A model generated the notes under the pieces. That model was not told the origin of the DNA. It worked only from the letters and a program-made list of their open reading frames with translations, and searched no databases. The translations under genes were made by a program, and so were the position numbers. A stretch of 64,000 nt of DNA, from the NCBI GenBank assembly GCA_951406725.2, contig OX597826.1:6696001-6760000 (forward strand). The letters are read 5' to 3'. Positions 1 through 13,019 of this stretch are shown here, one piece after another. The DNA is from Octopus vulgaris. Its lineage: Eukaryota. The number at the start of each line of letters is the position of its first letter. Position 1 is the stretch's first letter.

Positions 1-262
1 GATGAAAAACTATTCTTCAAAAAACTGCAACGTTAATGCTATGCGTACAATGCACGCTTTTCTAGCGGTAAATAATGTACTTTTGTGGCAGCCGTATCTA
101 GGAAACTGGAATCAACTATTCACTCACTAGCTTTCTCTCGCTGCAAGACATTGGTACGCGAATAATTAATATGCAGGAAAAAAAGAACGAATGAGGATAC
201 AACAACAACAAATACCGCTACTACCACTACTAATACTACTACAAGAAAATGAAGAAGAATAA

Positions 263-263
263 C

Positions 264-304
<41 letters not shown>

Positions 305-345
305 AGAAGAAGAAGAAGAAGAAGAAGAGGTAGAAGAAGAAGAAA
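263..345. repeat. (GTA)n followed by (AAG)n trinucleotide microsatellites in a low-complexity block
   Basis: Direct reading: agtagtagt... then agaagaaga...; explains the poly-T/poly-L ORF 166-471 (the adjacent low-complexity block gives ORF 362-562). Confidence 0.95.
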
Positions 346-1422
346 TGGGGGAGGAGGAGATATGATCACGATATTAATAAGAGTTGTAGATGTAACGACA
401 ACAATCATAATAACAATAAAAACATCAACTACGACGATGATGTATATGCCGATGGAGGTGGTGGTGCGCATGATGTTGATGGTGATGATGATGATGACTA
501 CGACGACGAGGAGGATGATAGCAACAACAAGTTACCTTAATCGTAATAATAAGAATATGTAACCTAGGTGAACTTAATTGCATAAATATCATTGTACAAA
601 AGCTATATCATTATTGCAATTCTATTCCAGTATCCTTGCAATTAGATAATCGCAAGAACATTATATATCTGCATGTGAATGATTTTGTCAAATGAAGCGC
701 TTTATGTTCTAAGATTACGATTTTTTTTTTTTTTTTGGCATTTGTTTCATGGAGATACTTCGGGGAAATTTTATAATAACTGTGGCGTTTCTATTTGAAT
801 GGAACACAAGGGATACGCTGTTAGATTGATGTGAGAATTTTGTATGAGCATAGTTTTTTTTCTTCTTTTATTATTTTCCTACTGGAAAAGATTCGCTACT
901 CAGAACAAACGCCACTTTCAATTAAGAGAACATTTCGGCTGACAACTGTTTATCTGTTTTACACCGGCTTTCAAAAGTCCCTTAATTAGTTATAAGTCTT
1001 TCTTGTTTCGCAATTTTTTGAAGATGTACACGCTGATATGTTTTACAATGTAGTAACAAGGCTTTGATATATGATAAAAAAAAATAACAATACGCTTAGA
1101 ATGTGATATAAGCTTAAAGACATGTGTATACGTATTAATAAATACATATAGCACCCGTTTAACTTCTGCGCATGATTCATATTATCAGAACCACAGCTGG
1201 TGGAATCCATATTTTATCGTATTAACACAAATATGGTGACGGTTCGCATCCAAGCAGCTGCAATGCGTTGATTTAATTGACATAACTTTTAAATCACATA
1301 CGAATCTGTTTTGCTATCGAAAATGAAGAAGAGCGAAATGATCCGCATTATAAGTTCTGTATTCTTTGATTATACCTCTAGAGAATTCCTGGTGTGAAGT
1401 AATGAGTCCATATTTTAGCAGG

Positions 1423-1475
<53 letters not shown>

Positions 1476-1852
1476 CATAAAGTGAGGAAGAAACTCAGCA
1501 TTTTTAATAAAATACATTAATACCAAGAAGATTTTTTTTTTCGTTTTTTTTGGCGCAATTGCAATTGCGCCGCAGCTGTGCGAAAAGTGTTCCTCTGTAA
1601 TTTCTCTCTCTAAAATGTCGGAAGAAATATAATGGTTACCTAATGTTCCTTCTTTAAACGTTATGAGACGTGTGAGATGTGGGATCTATATTTATAACGG
1701 GTAGACGCCACCGTGTGTCTTTCCCACTGGCTCGAATTTAACGGTGTGAATATCTACCGGAGCCAAATGATTCAGAGATTCATAATTTTTTGTCAGAAAG
1801 TTTTCTCCTTTAACACTCATATACATAGATTCAAACATGATATATAGCGATA

Positions 1853-1905
<53 letters not shown>

Positions 1906-2082
1906 GTGCGTGTGTGTGTGTGTGTGTGTGTCTGTGTGTGTGTGTGTGAGTGAGTATGTGGATATTTAAGTATACATATATGATACATATACATAAACTT
2001 ATATATATATATGTCTGTGTGTGTGTGTGTCTATATGTATGAATGTATATATATCTGTATACAAACACACACACACACACAT

Positions 2083-2132
<50 letters not shown>

Positions 2133-2250
2133 TCATAAATAGAGTTCTCTCTTTTTCTCTTTCCGTACATCCATTCTATATTCACATATAAGCCAAATAT
2201 AATCTCTCTCATTTTATGTGTGTACGTGTGTTCCCGTATATATCTATAAA

Positions 2251-2281
<31 letters not shown>

Positions 2282-2384
2282 GGCTACAGCAGAAAACACT
2301 TGCCCAAGTTGCCACGCAGTGAGACTGAACTCGGAACCATGTGCTTGGTAAGCAAGCCACTCACTACACAGCCACTCCTGCGTC
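2282..2384 (-). mobile_element. SINE family A, 5' head fragment
   Basis: Reverse complement matches the head of the full copy at 2665 (ggcgcaggagtggctgtgtggtaag...cttgggcaagtgt). Confidence 0.85.
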
Positions 2385-2664
2385 TACATCCATTAAAAGA
2401 TACATACGTGGACACACATGCACACACATATATAATTCCAGAGATTATATTTTTACTATTTAACATGTATGTGAATATAGAATGGATATACGGGAAGAGA
2501 AAATGAGAGAACTATACAAATAGAAACATAGATGTCAAGATATGAAGGTAGAATAGCCAATACATAAAATTTTTACAATATATATATATATATGTAAATG
2601 GCGGTGCCCCAGCATGGCCACAGCTCATTAGCTGAAACTGGAAAAATCAAGATCAAAAATCATA

Positions 2665-3070
2665 GGCGCAGGAGTGGCTGTGTGGTAAGTAGCTTGCTAA
2701 CCAACCACATGATTCCGGGTTCAGTTCCACTGCGTGGCATCTTGGGCGAGTGTCTTGTGCTATAGCCTCGGGCCGACCAATGCCTTGTGAGTGGATTTGG
2801 TAGACGGAAACAGAAAGAAGCCTGTCGTATATATGTATATATATATATATGTATGTGTGTGTTTGTGTGTCTGTGTTTGTCCCCCTAACATTGCTTGGCA
2901 ACCGATGCTGGTGTGTTTACGTCCCCGTCACTTAGCGGTTCGGCAAAAGAGACCGATAAAATAAGTACTGGGCTTACAAAGAATAAGTCCCGGGGTCGAT
3001 TTGCTTGACTAAAGGCGGTGCTGCAGCATGGCCGCAGTAAAATGACTGAAACAAGTAAAAGAGTAAAAGA
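2665..3070 (+). mobile_element. SINE family A (tRNA head, CORE-like domain, internal TA/TG microsatellite), full length
   Basis: A-box-like TGGCTGTGTGG at 2675, B-box-like GGTTCAGTTCC at 2718, CORE-like tggcatcttgggcgagtgtctt, tail gaaacaagtaaaagagtaaaaga; at least 6 homologous copies elsewhere in the window. Resembles octopus OR-type CORE-SINEs (from memory). Confidence 0.9.
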
Positions 3071-3319
3071 TTATATCCATTTATACTAAGACAACGAGTC
3101 AGATAGAACATTTAATTTTTCACCGAGTTCAACTGAATATAATCTTCGTTAGTGTAGTATAGAATCTGTTAGATATTTTAGTCTGATTAATTTAGACACC
3201 ACATACTTAATATTGACGTTATTTTGTATAATCTGTAAGATATTATACATTCGTGTATAAAAGACAAAACATGTATTTTTCTGCAATGCTCAGTATTTTG
3301 AAACAATGCAAAATCATGA

Positions 3320-3421
3320 ATGTGGAATCACTTCCGCGTTTCAAGAAATTCTAAACTAAATTCCATCAAGATGTGGAATCACTTCCGCGTTTCAAGAAAT
3401 TCTAAACTAAATTCCATCAAG
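3320..3421. repeat. Perfect 51-bp tandem duplication
   Basis: atgtggaatcacttccgcgtttcaagaaattctaaactaaattccatcaag at 3320-3370 and 3371-3421. Confidence 0.95.
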
Positions 3422-3524
3422 ATAAGATATTGATTAAAAATTTCACGAGCTCGGGAATGAACGTTAGTCATTGCAGACGTGATTTTTTATTCCACAGTTT
3501 AGAGTAGAATGGTTTGTATATATA

Positions 3525-3588
<64 letters not shown>

Positions 3589-3591
3589 TAA

Positions 3592-3652
<61 letters not shown>

Positions 3653-3658
3653 TGTATG

Positions 3659-3714
<56 letters not shown>

Positions 3715-4127
3715 CAGTTAAGTAGATGAGCAATTATGTATCTAAAATAAGCCGTAACAAATTGTGCAACACTGGACAAAAAAAAAAGACAATTATTTGA
3801 ACTGATTATTAGAGTTTCTAATCATTCGAGTAGCCGAGCTTTCTTTACCTGGCATTCGACTAATTGTAATTTGCACACATGCGTTAAGGCACTATCATAC
3901 ACCTGATCATAAAAGCATTTCATATGCATATATATATATATGTGTGTGTGTGTTTGTGTATAAGCATATATGCATAAATATAGATATATACATACATATA
4001 CATATAAATATGTATAGATATACATATATATATATAGCCATATATGTGTGTATATATGTATGTATGCGTGTAAATATATATAGGTGCATATATATATACA
4101 TACATACATACACACATACACCCATCC

Positions 4128-4172
<45 letters not shown>

Positions 4173-4393
4173 GTGTGTGTATATAAGGACGCAAGGCAGA
4201 CAGACCGAGAGGGGGACTGATAGATGGATATCTAGATATGCATCTATACATGTGTGATATTTGTAAATCTTAACTTTTTGTGTTACAAAATACTCTGAGA
4301 TAATACCAATGTTTTCTTTAAATATTTTGGATGTGGGGGAGAATCTAGATTGTTTTATAAATTGCTTTATTTTTGCATTTTGTATTTTCTCAG

Positions 4394-4648
4394 GCATGTT
4401 CTGTTTGTATTCAAGGACATCATTCGTGCCTTTGGGTATAAGAGTCATCTCTCCCATCAGTTCCACTGTATTTAGCGAACAGCACCGAAGAACGATTTGT
4501 ATATTTTTCTTATACCGAAAACTGTCTATTGCAGCTGTTGTCATTGAAGATATGCCGCTACTCACTAAGTACAACATGTCATTGGATGCACACTGGATGT
4601 CGGTTTGCGTAGTTTCTGACAAGGTTTTCGAATACAAAAAGCAAACAG
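4394..4648 (+). CDS. Candidate internal exon (255 nt, phase 1-1), possibly a divergent fibronectin type III-like module
   Basis: Acceptor tgtattttctcag|G, donor CAG|gtaaaa, length a multiple of 3, only one + frame open (GMFCLYS...VVIEDMPLLTKYNMSLDAH...KKQT). Weak resemblance to the FN3 'I.dL.P.T.Y...V.A' motif. No partner exons identified. Confidence 0.35.
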
Positions 4649-5110
4649 GTAAAAAAAAAACTTACAAAAGTAAACCACATTCAAAGAAAAGAGAAAACAA
4701 AAAAACAAAAAAACAACACAGAACAGAATATGAAATATATAGGGAATTCACCGACTGAATGCAGATGCAAGCATGAATATAACTATAAGGTAAAGAAAAT
4801 AGCCAAATAATTACGATTAAATACACAAATACAAATACGCACAGGCTTATATTAGTAAAAGGAAAAAATGAACGTGTTTTCACACATTCACACAGGAAAC
4901 AAGACGTAACTAAACAGACAAAAAGCTGGCTGATTTAAAGATTGGCAAATTGATACACATGCGCAAAAACTATATATAGGTAGATATCTTTACATATGTA
5001 GGCATGCATGTATGCATGTACGGAACTATATTTATTTATTTGTATATATATGTACATCTATATCTATCTATCTATGTATCTATCTATCTATCTACACTTG
5101 TGTACATAAG

Positions 5111-5182
<72 letters not shown>

Positions 5183-5997
5183 TATCTATATATGAAAAGA
5201 GAGAGAAGAAACAGTGATAGATGGATGAATTGTGTAATTAGTTTAGCGTATAATTGTATATATTATTATACACGCAAATAGACACACATACGCACATAGG
5301 CACATGTATGTAAAACTTAGTGTATGCGGGAAATGCTGCAGTTTATGTCTTTTGAACGACACACATATATATATATATATATATATAATTAATACTTCAA
5401 TAATATTCTCTATATACATAAGGCGAAAACTTGATGTTGAGATCGTATTTGGTATAGCTAAATGTATGTGTACTATATTGTCGTACATATTTGTATATGT
5501 GCGTGTGTATATACACGCACATTTGCAATCCATATGAATTTTCATGCATATAAATACCCATGCTTACATAAAATCGTAATGACTGACATTTTTTTCGGTA
5601 TTAAAATATGTATACATGTATTTTCTTTACGTGGGACTACGTGGGAATATTCATTCACGATGCATTATATATAATTGCGAAAACGTGTAACTCTTAGATA
5701 TCAGAGGCATTGTACTTACATGGTACTTACATCTCATTCATATGCGTCTAAAATCTTGGGAAATACTTGACGAAGATTAATCGTTAATTCATGAAATTAC
5801 GAGTGTATATAAGAGGTTTTATATGTAATTATATATTAAATCTCAATAATACTTTCCTTCTTCTTCTTATGTAATTAATGCAATAATTATCTATCCAAAT
5901 CTATGTCTATATACATTCTGTATTCCTGTATGTGCATATATATAAATATATACATTCACACACACCCGCAAACACACACGCACACACACACACACAT

Positions 5998-6037
<40 letters not shown>

Positions 6038-6127
6038 TTCCACTTATAAGTATGCATCCTCGCATGTATGTTCAGAGTATTATTGAAGTAATTTATAGAC
6101 AAATATCTAATTTATACATACACACAC

Positions 6128-6179
<52 letters not shown>

Positions 6180-6184
6180 ATGTG

Positions 6185-6217
<33 letters not shown>

Positions 6218-6559
6218 GTAACAATGTGTGTATGTTTATCAGTATATGTTTACTTTATATTATATAATATTTTTATGAAAATAGGGTTATATGTACTTCC
6301 GTGGTGAGATATATATACACACATAAACACATATATACAAAATATATATGTATGTATATATGCATATATATATAATGTCTTTTTTACTACCATAAAATCT
6401 CAGTAGGTTGTGAGGCACATAGCTGACACCTTGTTACATTTATGTATAATATTATACGATAATTTGTAAGCTTTGCCTAATTTTTTAAATTTATTTACTT
6501 ACAGGCGACCTGGTACAATTATTACTGATTTTACCCTATAACATTAATATATATATATA

Positions 6560-6612
<53 letters not shown>

Positions 6613-6747
6613 TGCGTGAGTTTATTTGTAAAAAAAATGACAATAAATAAAATGACCATCCCGAAGTACAACAATATCTGTTTCAACAAACACAATTTCA
6701 CATCAGGAACATTGCAAAACTAATTGATAAACGTGTGTGTGTGTATG

Positions 6748-6819
<72 letters not shown>

Positions 6820-7288
6820 AGTGTGTGTGTGTGTGTGTGTCTGTATGTATGCATGTATGTATATGTGTTTGTGTATGTGTGTATGCGTGTGTGTACAGTA
6901 TCTCACCACGGAAGTACATACAACCCTAACATTTTCACTAAAAATGCCATTACGCTGATAATATCGTAAGAAGTAAACGAAATTTATACTGAATAAAATA
7001 TATCATACATGCAAACATTGTTACAAATTTAGAACACAAAACAATACACATTTTCAAAGATATGAACGAAATATTAATTTTTAAACATTACCGAAATATC
7101 CACACCCTAAAGGAAATTTGATATATTCATTATTTGATCCACTTTCTTAAAACTAAATTCAGATATTGCTGATAATTTCAATTCTAGTAAATTATTTCCC
7201 CTGTAATTTTTGCACCGGTCATTGTTATTGCATCTGCAGCAATTTTGATTTGTGTACCCTGGTGAAAATACCCTTCATTGTGATTAAA

Positions 7289-8755
7289 ATGGCACCAAAA
7301 GAATGAATCGTCTGAATATTTGGGGAATATTATTTCTAATTTGCACAAGTATGGATTAGGAGGATACACTTCTAATTTGCACAAGTATGGATTAGGAACT
7401 TTTCGGTTTGAACGGCAGTTTTTAGCATCATTTCTAGGTAACTAAAAAATTTTACACTTCGTATACTTGTAGAATGTGTTTATGAAACATTTTTTTCTCT
7501 TGGCTTTATTGAGAAATTTCTATAGTTTGTAAGATATTTGTTGTATTTTTTCTTCAATTTCTGAAATTTCAACTAATCAATTACGTGTATTGAGTTAAAA
7601 AAAACATTCTGTGCCGTATGAATGTCCCTCGTTTGAGAAACAGATTGGGTTTATTTACATTTGTGAAGAAAAAACCATATCCTTCCCCCCACACCTAACC
7701 TTAACCCTAACCCTAAAACAGATTGAAATGCAATAGGTCGATACTAGGGTCATCATTATGGGTAACAATTTCATATGACACTGCTAGAAAAAACTGCCGT
7801 TCAAACCGAAAAGATCCTACACTTCAATTAGCAAATGAACATATATAAGCGTAAACACAGTTACCAAAGTAATTGAGATGTACAAAGCTACTTGACGGCT
7901 AAGCAATAGGTTGTCCTATCTTAACTGCGCGTGATATTCGCTACATTCAACGTTGCCTGATGGACGACAGGCATCGTACCACGTCATCTTTCGCGCAAGC
8001 AGTCTTCTGTCAGTGGAAATTGTATACACCTAAACACTTCGCTGAAGTTTGCGTCAGCGTGATCTTCATGGATGCATTACTGGAAAGAAGCCTCTCTTCA
8101 CTACCAGACATGAATCAAGTCGACTTTCTTTGGTTGAACCCTATGTAAGTAAGGGGAAGGGGTTTGGGAATATATTTTTTTTGTGTGTGACGAGACTAAA
8201 ATCAACTTGTTTGAATCAGATTTTATTAAACGAGTATGGCGACGACCATGTGAAGTGAATAACGACAAACGCACCTTGCCTACCGTGAAACACGGCGGCG
8301 GAACGTATAGGCTTTGGGAATGCATGAGTGCGGCTGGTGTGGAAGGACTCACATTTATAGAGAGAACAATGGATTCAAGGCTTTATTGGGACATATTGCA
8401 GAAAACAATGTTGAAAACCACCAAGGAACTAGGAAGACATTCCATGTTCAAACATAATAATGGACCTACATGTACTTCAAAGATGACGAGTAAGTTTTTA
8501 TCAGATAGAGAGGTAAAGGTATTACCTTGGCCAATCATGTTACCTGATTTAAACCCAATAGAACATCTGTAGGGTGTTTTGAGAAGGAAGGTTGAGGAGA
8601 AAAAGCCCGCAATGTAACACAGTGGAAAGACATCATTCAGGATGAATTGGAGGTCAATTCCCTTGGTTATATTCAGAAATGTAGTCGACTCTATGCGCAG
8701 AAAACTTAACACAGTCATTGAAAACAAAGGCGGTCACACCAAATATTTAATATAG
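7289..8755 (+). pseudogene. Tc1 transposase pseudogene (stops, frameshifts, interrupted by a MITE)
   Basis: MAPK..ESSEYLGNIISNLHKYGLG N-terminus; KKPL; DETKINLF..RVWRR; TVKHGGG; WPIMLPDLNPIEHL; ENKGGHTKY C-terminus. 34 residues between the second catalytic position (mutated D>N) and E. Confidence 0.92.
7395..7817. mobile_element. MITE (423 bp) nested in the Tc1 transposase
   Basis: TIRs ggaacttttcggtttgaacggcagtttt / aaaactgccgttcaaaccgaaaagatcc, TA on both flanks, internal cctaaccttaaccctaaccctaa at 7694-7716. Confidence 0.9.
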
Positions 8756-8955
8756 CAAATAAACCTTTAAGGTCTACATATTTTTGCATTGCTTGATAAT
8801 AAATATTTCGTTCATGTCTTTGAAAATGTTTAATGTTTTGCGTTCCAAATTTGCATAATGTTTTCCTGTATAATATATTTTATTCAGTATAAATGTCTTT
8901 TGATTTCCGTCGATATTGACAGAGTAATGGTAATTTTACTGAAATTATTTAGCGC

Positions 8956-9014
<59 letters not shown>

Positions 9015-9039
9015 GATAAATATATATATATAGTGATAA

Positions 9040-9082
<43 letters not shown>

Positions 9083-9146
9083 TATACATATACATACATA
9101 CATATATATACATATATATAAACACATATATAATATACATAAACAT

Positions 9147-9182
<36 letters not shown>

Positions 9183-10216
9183 GCTAAGAGGGGAAAGGAG
9201 GATGAAAGATATACAATGAAATTTACCATGTTCGTGTATATTCCCAAATGGAAAGACATAAGCGGCAGAAATTCTCTCTCTCCCACAAAACATGTTCTCT
9301 TTAACAAGAATATGCAGGGAAAACAAAGTGTCTTGCATGTGTCTTTCGAGGTACAAGAGTATTGAAACATTTTAAATATCATTCCACTCCGCTATACTCA
9401 AGACGGTTTCCTCAAATGTGCGTGTGTGTGTGTCTTTGTATGTGGTGTATGTGTGTTTGTATGTGGTGTGTATGTGTCTGTGTGTGTTTGTGTGTGTATG
9501 TGTGTGTGTGCGTGTGTGTATATACAGTTTGGTTCAGTGACCTAACTTTAATGTCGATATTTTATTTATACACAAAATAACAGCTGAATTATTTCTGTGG
9601 TAACAGTATTCGAAGGAGACAATCACAGCTTCACGATCTACTAATTTCTTTAGTTAAATTACAACATATTACAAACTTATAACTGAGACAACGAATAGGG
9701 CTTACTTTATTATGTATCACCCTATAACTTTAATAACATACATGTATCGCCGTAATGAAAATGTGCAGAGAAACAGAATGCCGCATTAGTTAACTAGGAA
9801 CTTTTATAAATTCTATTATTGAGTTTTCCCCCAAGATACAAGCGCGCAAATTTAGAGGTGAATGAAAACAATTGGTGTGTGATATACGTCATTCTCCTGA
9901 GCATTACGTGCAGATTTATGTGAATTGCTCTAAACTCAAATGGATGCAGTTTGGGAAGCCTCTCACAAAGGATCATTGCATATTATCATCTTATGAACCG
10001 ATTCGTAACGGTGTTTCTGAAATGAAGTTATGACTGATAATAGTTAAGCATTGATATTCTGTCAATTGTGTTGGGTAACATTTAACGTCATCCCATCTTG
10101 CTAATATAGTTTAGAATCGCATTAACATCCTTATAACTTAATATTCTATGTGTTTACATGTGTGAACGTGATCTAAATAATACCGAAGTAATAATAACAA
10201 CAACAAAAATAACAAC

Positions 10217-10251
<35 letters not shown>

Positions 10252-10958
10252 CATTAACAACAACAGGAATAGTAAAAACAATACTATGATAATATTCCAA
10301 CAAGCTGATTTCTATGATTTATGTTTAAGCATTACATATGCTACTAAAGTTATATAGAATGCTTTCCAGAGAGAAAAATCCATTCTATAAATATATCAAT
10401 AATTCTCTTGGTAAAATATAGAAACATGGGAATTTTCACTCATATTCACTCGGCGATGCTTTACAGAGCAACACATCCACATTTATTTATAGTCTGACAA
10501 TTTTTCCTTTGTTATAGTCCAACGTTTAAGAAAGTGCAAAAGCAGGTGATTTATGAATAAATTCTCCAAACATTCGACTAAAACAAATCTTGTGCGATTC
10601 ACGAACAAATCGTACGATACTGGAGGCGGTTAATTTCAAAAACATCTACTTGGAAACGTTTCATTAAATTTTGTATTATACTCATGTAAATCTCATTTGG
10701 AATGTGTACAGCCTGAAACTAGAGACGAGGCTTTGTATGCAAAATATTATATAAGTTAGGAATTCTCGTCGAAGTTTCTTTTGTCATCATATATCACTCG
10801 TTCGAAAAACCTAACATGGAAAATTCAGAATAATTCTACATATACATTTTTTTTTTTCAAATCCCCGTCAAATTCTAAAGTGGTTAAATGCGATATATGA
10901 GACACATTGTTATCAGAAGAAGAGTAAGCATAATTATCATTCTACATACATGAATATA

Positions 10959-11015
<57 letters not shown>

Positions 11016-11330
11016 AGAAACATTGACAGAAAGAAAGAAAAAAATAGATAAATAGATAGATAGTTAGATAGATAGATAGAGAGGTAGCTAGATAAACAGG
11101 CACACAGACAAACAAACTGATAGCTAGATTCACAGATATATGCAAAGTACGATGCTCCACGCCCTCCAGTTCCTTATGAAAATTTACAATGGAATAATAC
11201 AATATGCATGTATACACACACACACACACACATATATGTATATATATATACAGATATATATATTTACATGGAAGGTGAGAGAGATAAAATAATGTGAGAT
11301 ACATACATATTTATATAAAATATACACACA

Positions 11331-11379
<49 letters not shown>

Positions 11380-11413
11380 GTATATGTTATGTATATGTAT
11401 ATATATGTATATG

Positions 11414-11464
<51 letters not shown>

Positions 11465-11476
11465 GTATATATATAC

Positions 11477-11660
11477 AGGGTGAATTCACGAAAAAAAAAA
11501 ACATGAAGACTGGTGTGGTGTAGACAACGAACAGATGTATGAGTATAACGCTCGGGTAGTGAAAACGTGTTTAACGTTTCGAGCCCACGCTCTTCCACAG
11601 AAAAGAACACGGAAAGAAACAAGGAGAGAAAATGAAGAATGTGTAGTGGCTAGCGATTTT
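11477..11660 (-). mobile_element. Short PLE-like non-autonomous element (family C)
   Basis: Reverse complement homologous to 33023-33192 and 43971-44163; contains CTGTGGA-a-GAGC-gtgg-GCTC-GAAACGT; abuts a TA-rich tract. Confidence 0.75.
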
Positions 11661-12113
11661 TCCATTCAACAGCATTAACACAGAGATGCCTTGTTTATAT
11701 ATTCCGCCTTGATTTCGCTGTGTTATTAGCTGCAAAGTTAAGAAAAGAATTCACACTCTGAGCGATAATCTCTAGAGACAGGAAGGAAGGTAGATAACTA
11801 TAATACCATCATCTAAACCAAATTTTGGAATATATAAGGAAGGCAGCTCGGTGTTAATATTGTTGAATGCAGATGAGTGTACTTCGTTCTTGTTAGAACT
11901 ATTGAGCAAAACCTATTCTCATTTTTTTAGCTGTACGTTGATTTGTAAGATACTTGTTTGTCAATGGATAGCGAGGTCAATCTCACTTTTTTAAGAGTTT
12001 TTCTTGTCAGTTTATTATGTATATCTTACTATAATAGATACGAGTTGTTTTATTTGTGTATGTGTATACGCATATAAACACTGGCAAGCGTACACCCCAC
12101 CCATATATATATG

Positions 12114-12164
<51 letters not shown>

Positions 12165-12166
<2 letters not shown>

Positions 12167-12274
12167 TGTAAGCCGACGCTCCAAACAAAAGGCATGCGTC
12201 CTCACTATTATATATAAATATATATACTGGTGTATGTGAATATACATACACACACACGCATACATATGTATATA

Positions 12275-12319
<45 letters not shown>

Positions 12320-12366
12320 GTGTGCGTGTGTGTATGTATATCACATACACACACACGCACACATAT

Positions 12367-12407
<41 letters not shown>

Positions 12408-12511
12408 TATATACATATGTGTGCGTGTGTGTGTATGTATATTCACATACACCAGTATTATATATAATAGTGAGGACGCATGCCTTTTTGATTGGAGAGT
12501 CGGCTTACAAT
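12165..12511. repeat. ~350-bp palindromic (inverted) duplication
   Basis: attgtaagccgacgctccaaacaaaaggcatgcgtcctcactattata... mirrors ...tataatagtgaggacgcatgcctttttgattggagagtcggcttacaat; inner arms include mirrored microsatellites. Confidence 0.9.
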
Positions 12512-13019
12512 CGGGGAGTTCCGAACTGGATTCTTGGACAGGGCTCTCTGTTTTGTTTTTGACACCTTATTTCACGCTCCTGAAGTTCACTTAATTGTGA
12601 AAATTAGTTGTCACTGGAGACACTTTGTATCTGTCTTTGACTTGGACAACGTCAATGGTTTGGAGAGGAGAAATTGGTATGCATGTGTGCCTGTTGGACT
12701 TCCACAAGCAACCTTGCCAGGAGGGGAAGATTCTGGACACGGTACAATGTTCACGAGTGTGTATTATGTGTGTATTTTGTGTTACAAATTGTTAGAATGA
12801 GTATGTGTATTTAGTATGAGACGACAGACAGACGGACGGACGAATGGATGGATGGATAAAAAATTCTATTCCATGAATCACTCTATTTTCGAACCCCTAT
12901 TATGATATCCACATTCCAATCTATATAATTCGAATTAAAAGACAGAAAATTATGGGTAGCCAAAAGGTTCCCGAGTTCCATATTATGGTCAGATCCTTGC
13001 TGAGTAGAATTTTTTATAA

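Larger units (their letters stand above)
6896..8950 (+). mobile_element. Decayed Tc1-family (DD34E) DNA transposon with ~200-bp imperfect TIRs
   Basis: Left end TA|CAGT at 6894-6899; 6930-7113 is the reverse complement of about 8763-8950; transposase remnant in between. Confidence 0.9.

Noticed and set aside
3822-4637. 271-aa minus-strand ORF
   Set aside because: More than half is microsatellite and it starts at TTG; the unique part is antisense to the better-supported plus-strand exon candidate
7163-7350. Apparent transmembrane or Cys-rich exon (IISPVIFAPVIVIASAAILICVPW / NYFPCNFCTGHCYC)
   Set aside because: Lies inside the Tc1 element; it is the 5' UTR and start of the transposase, with stop codons
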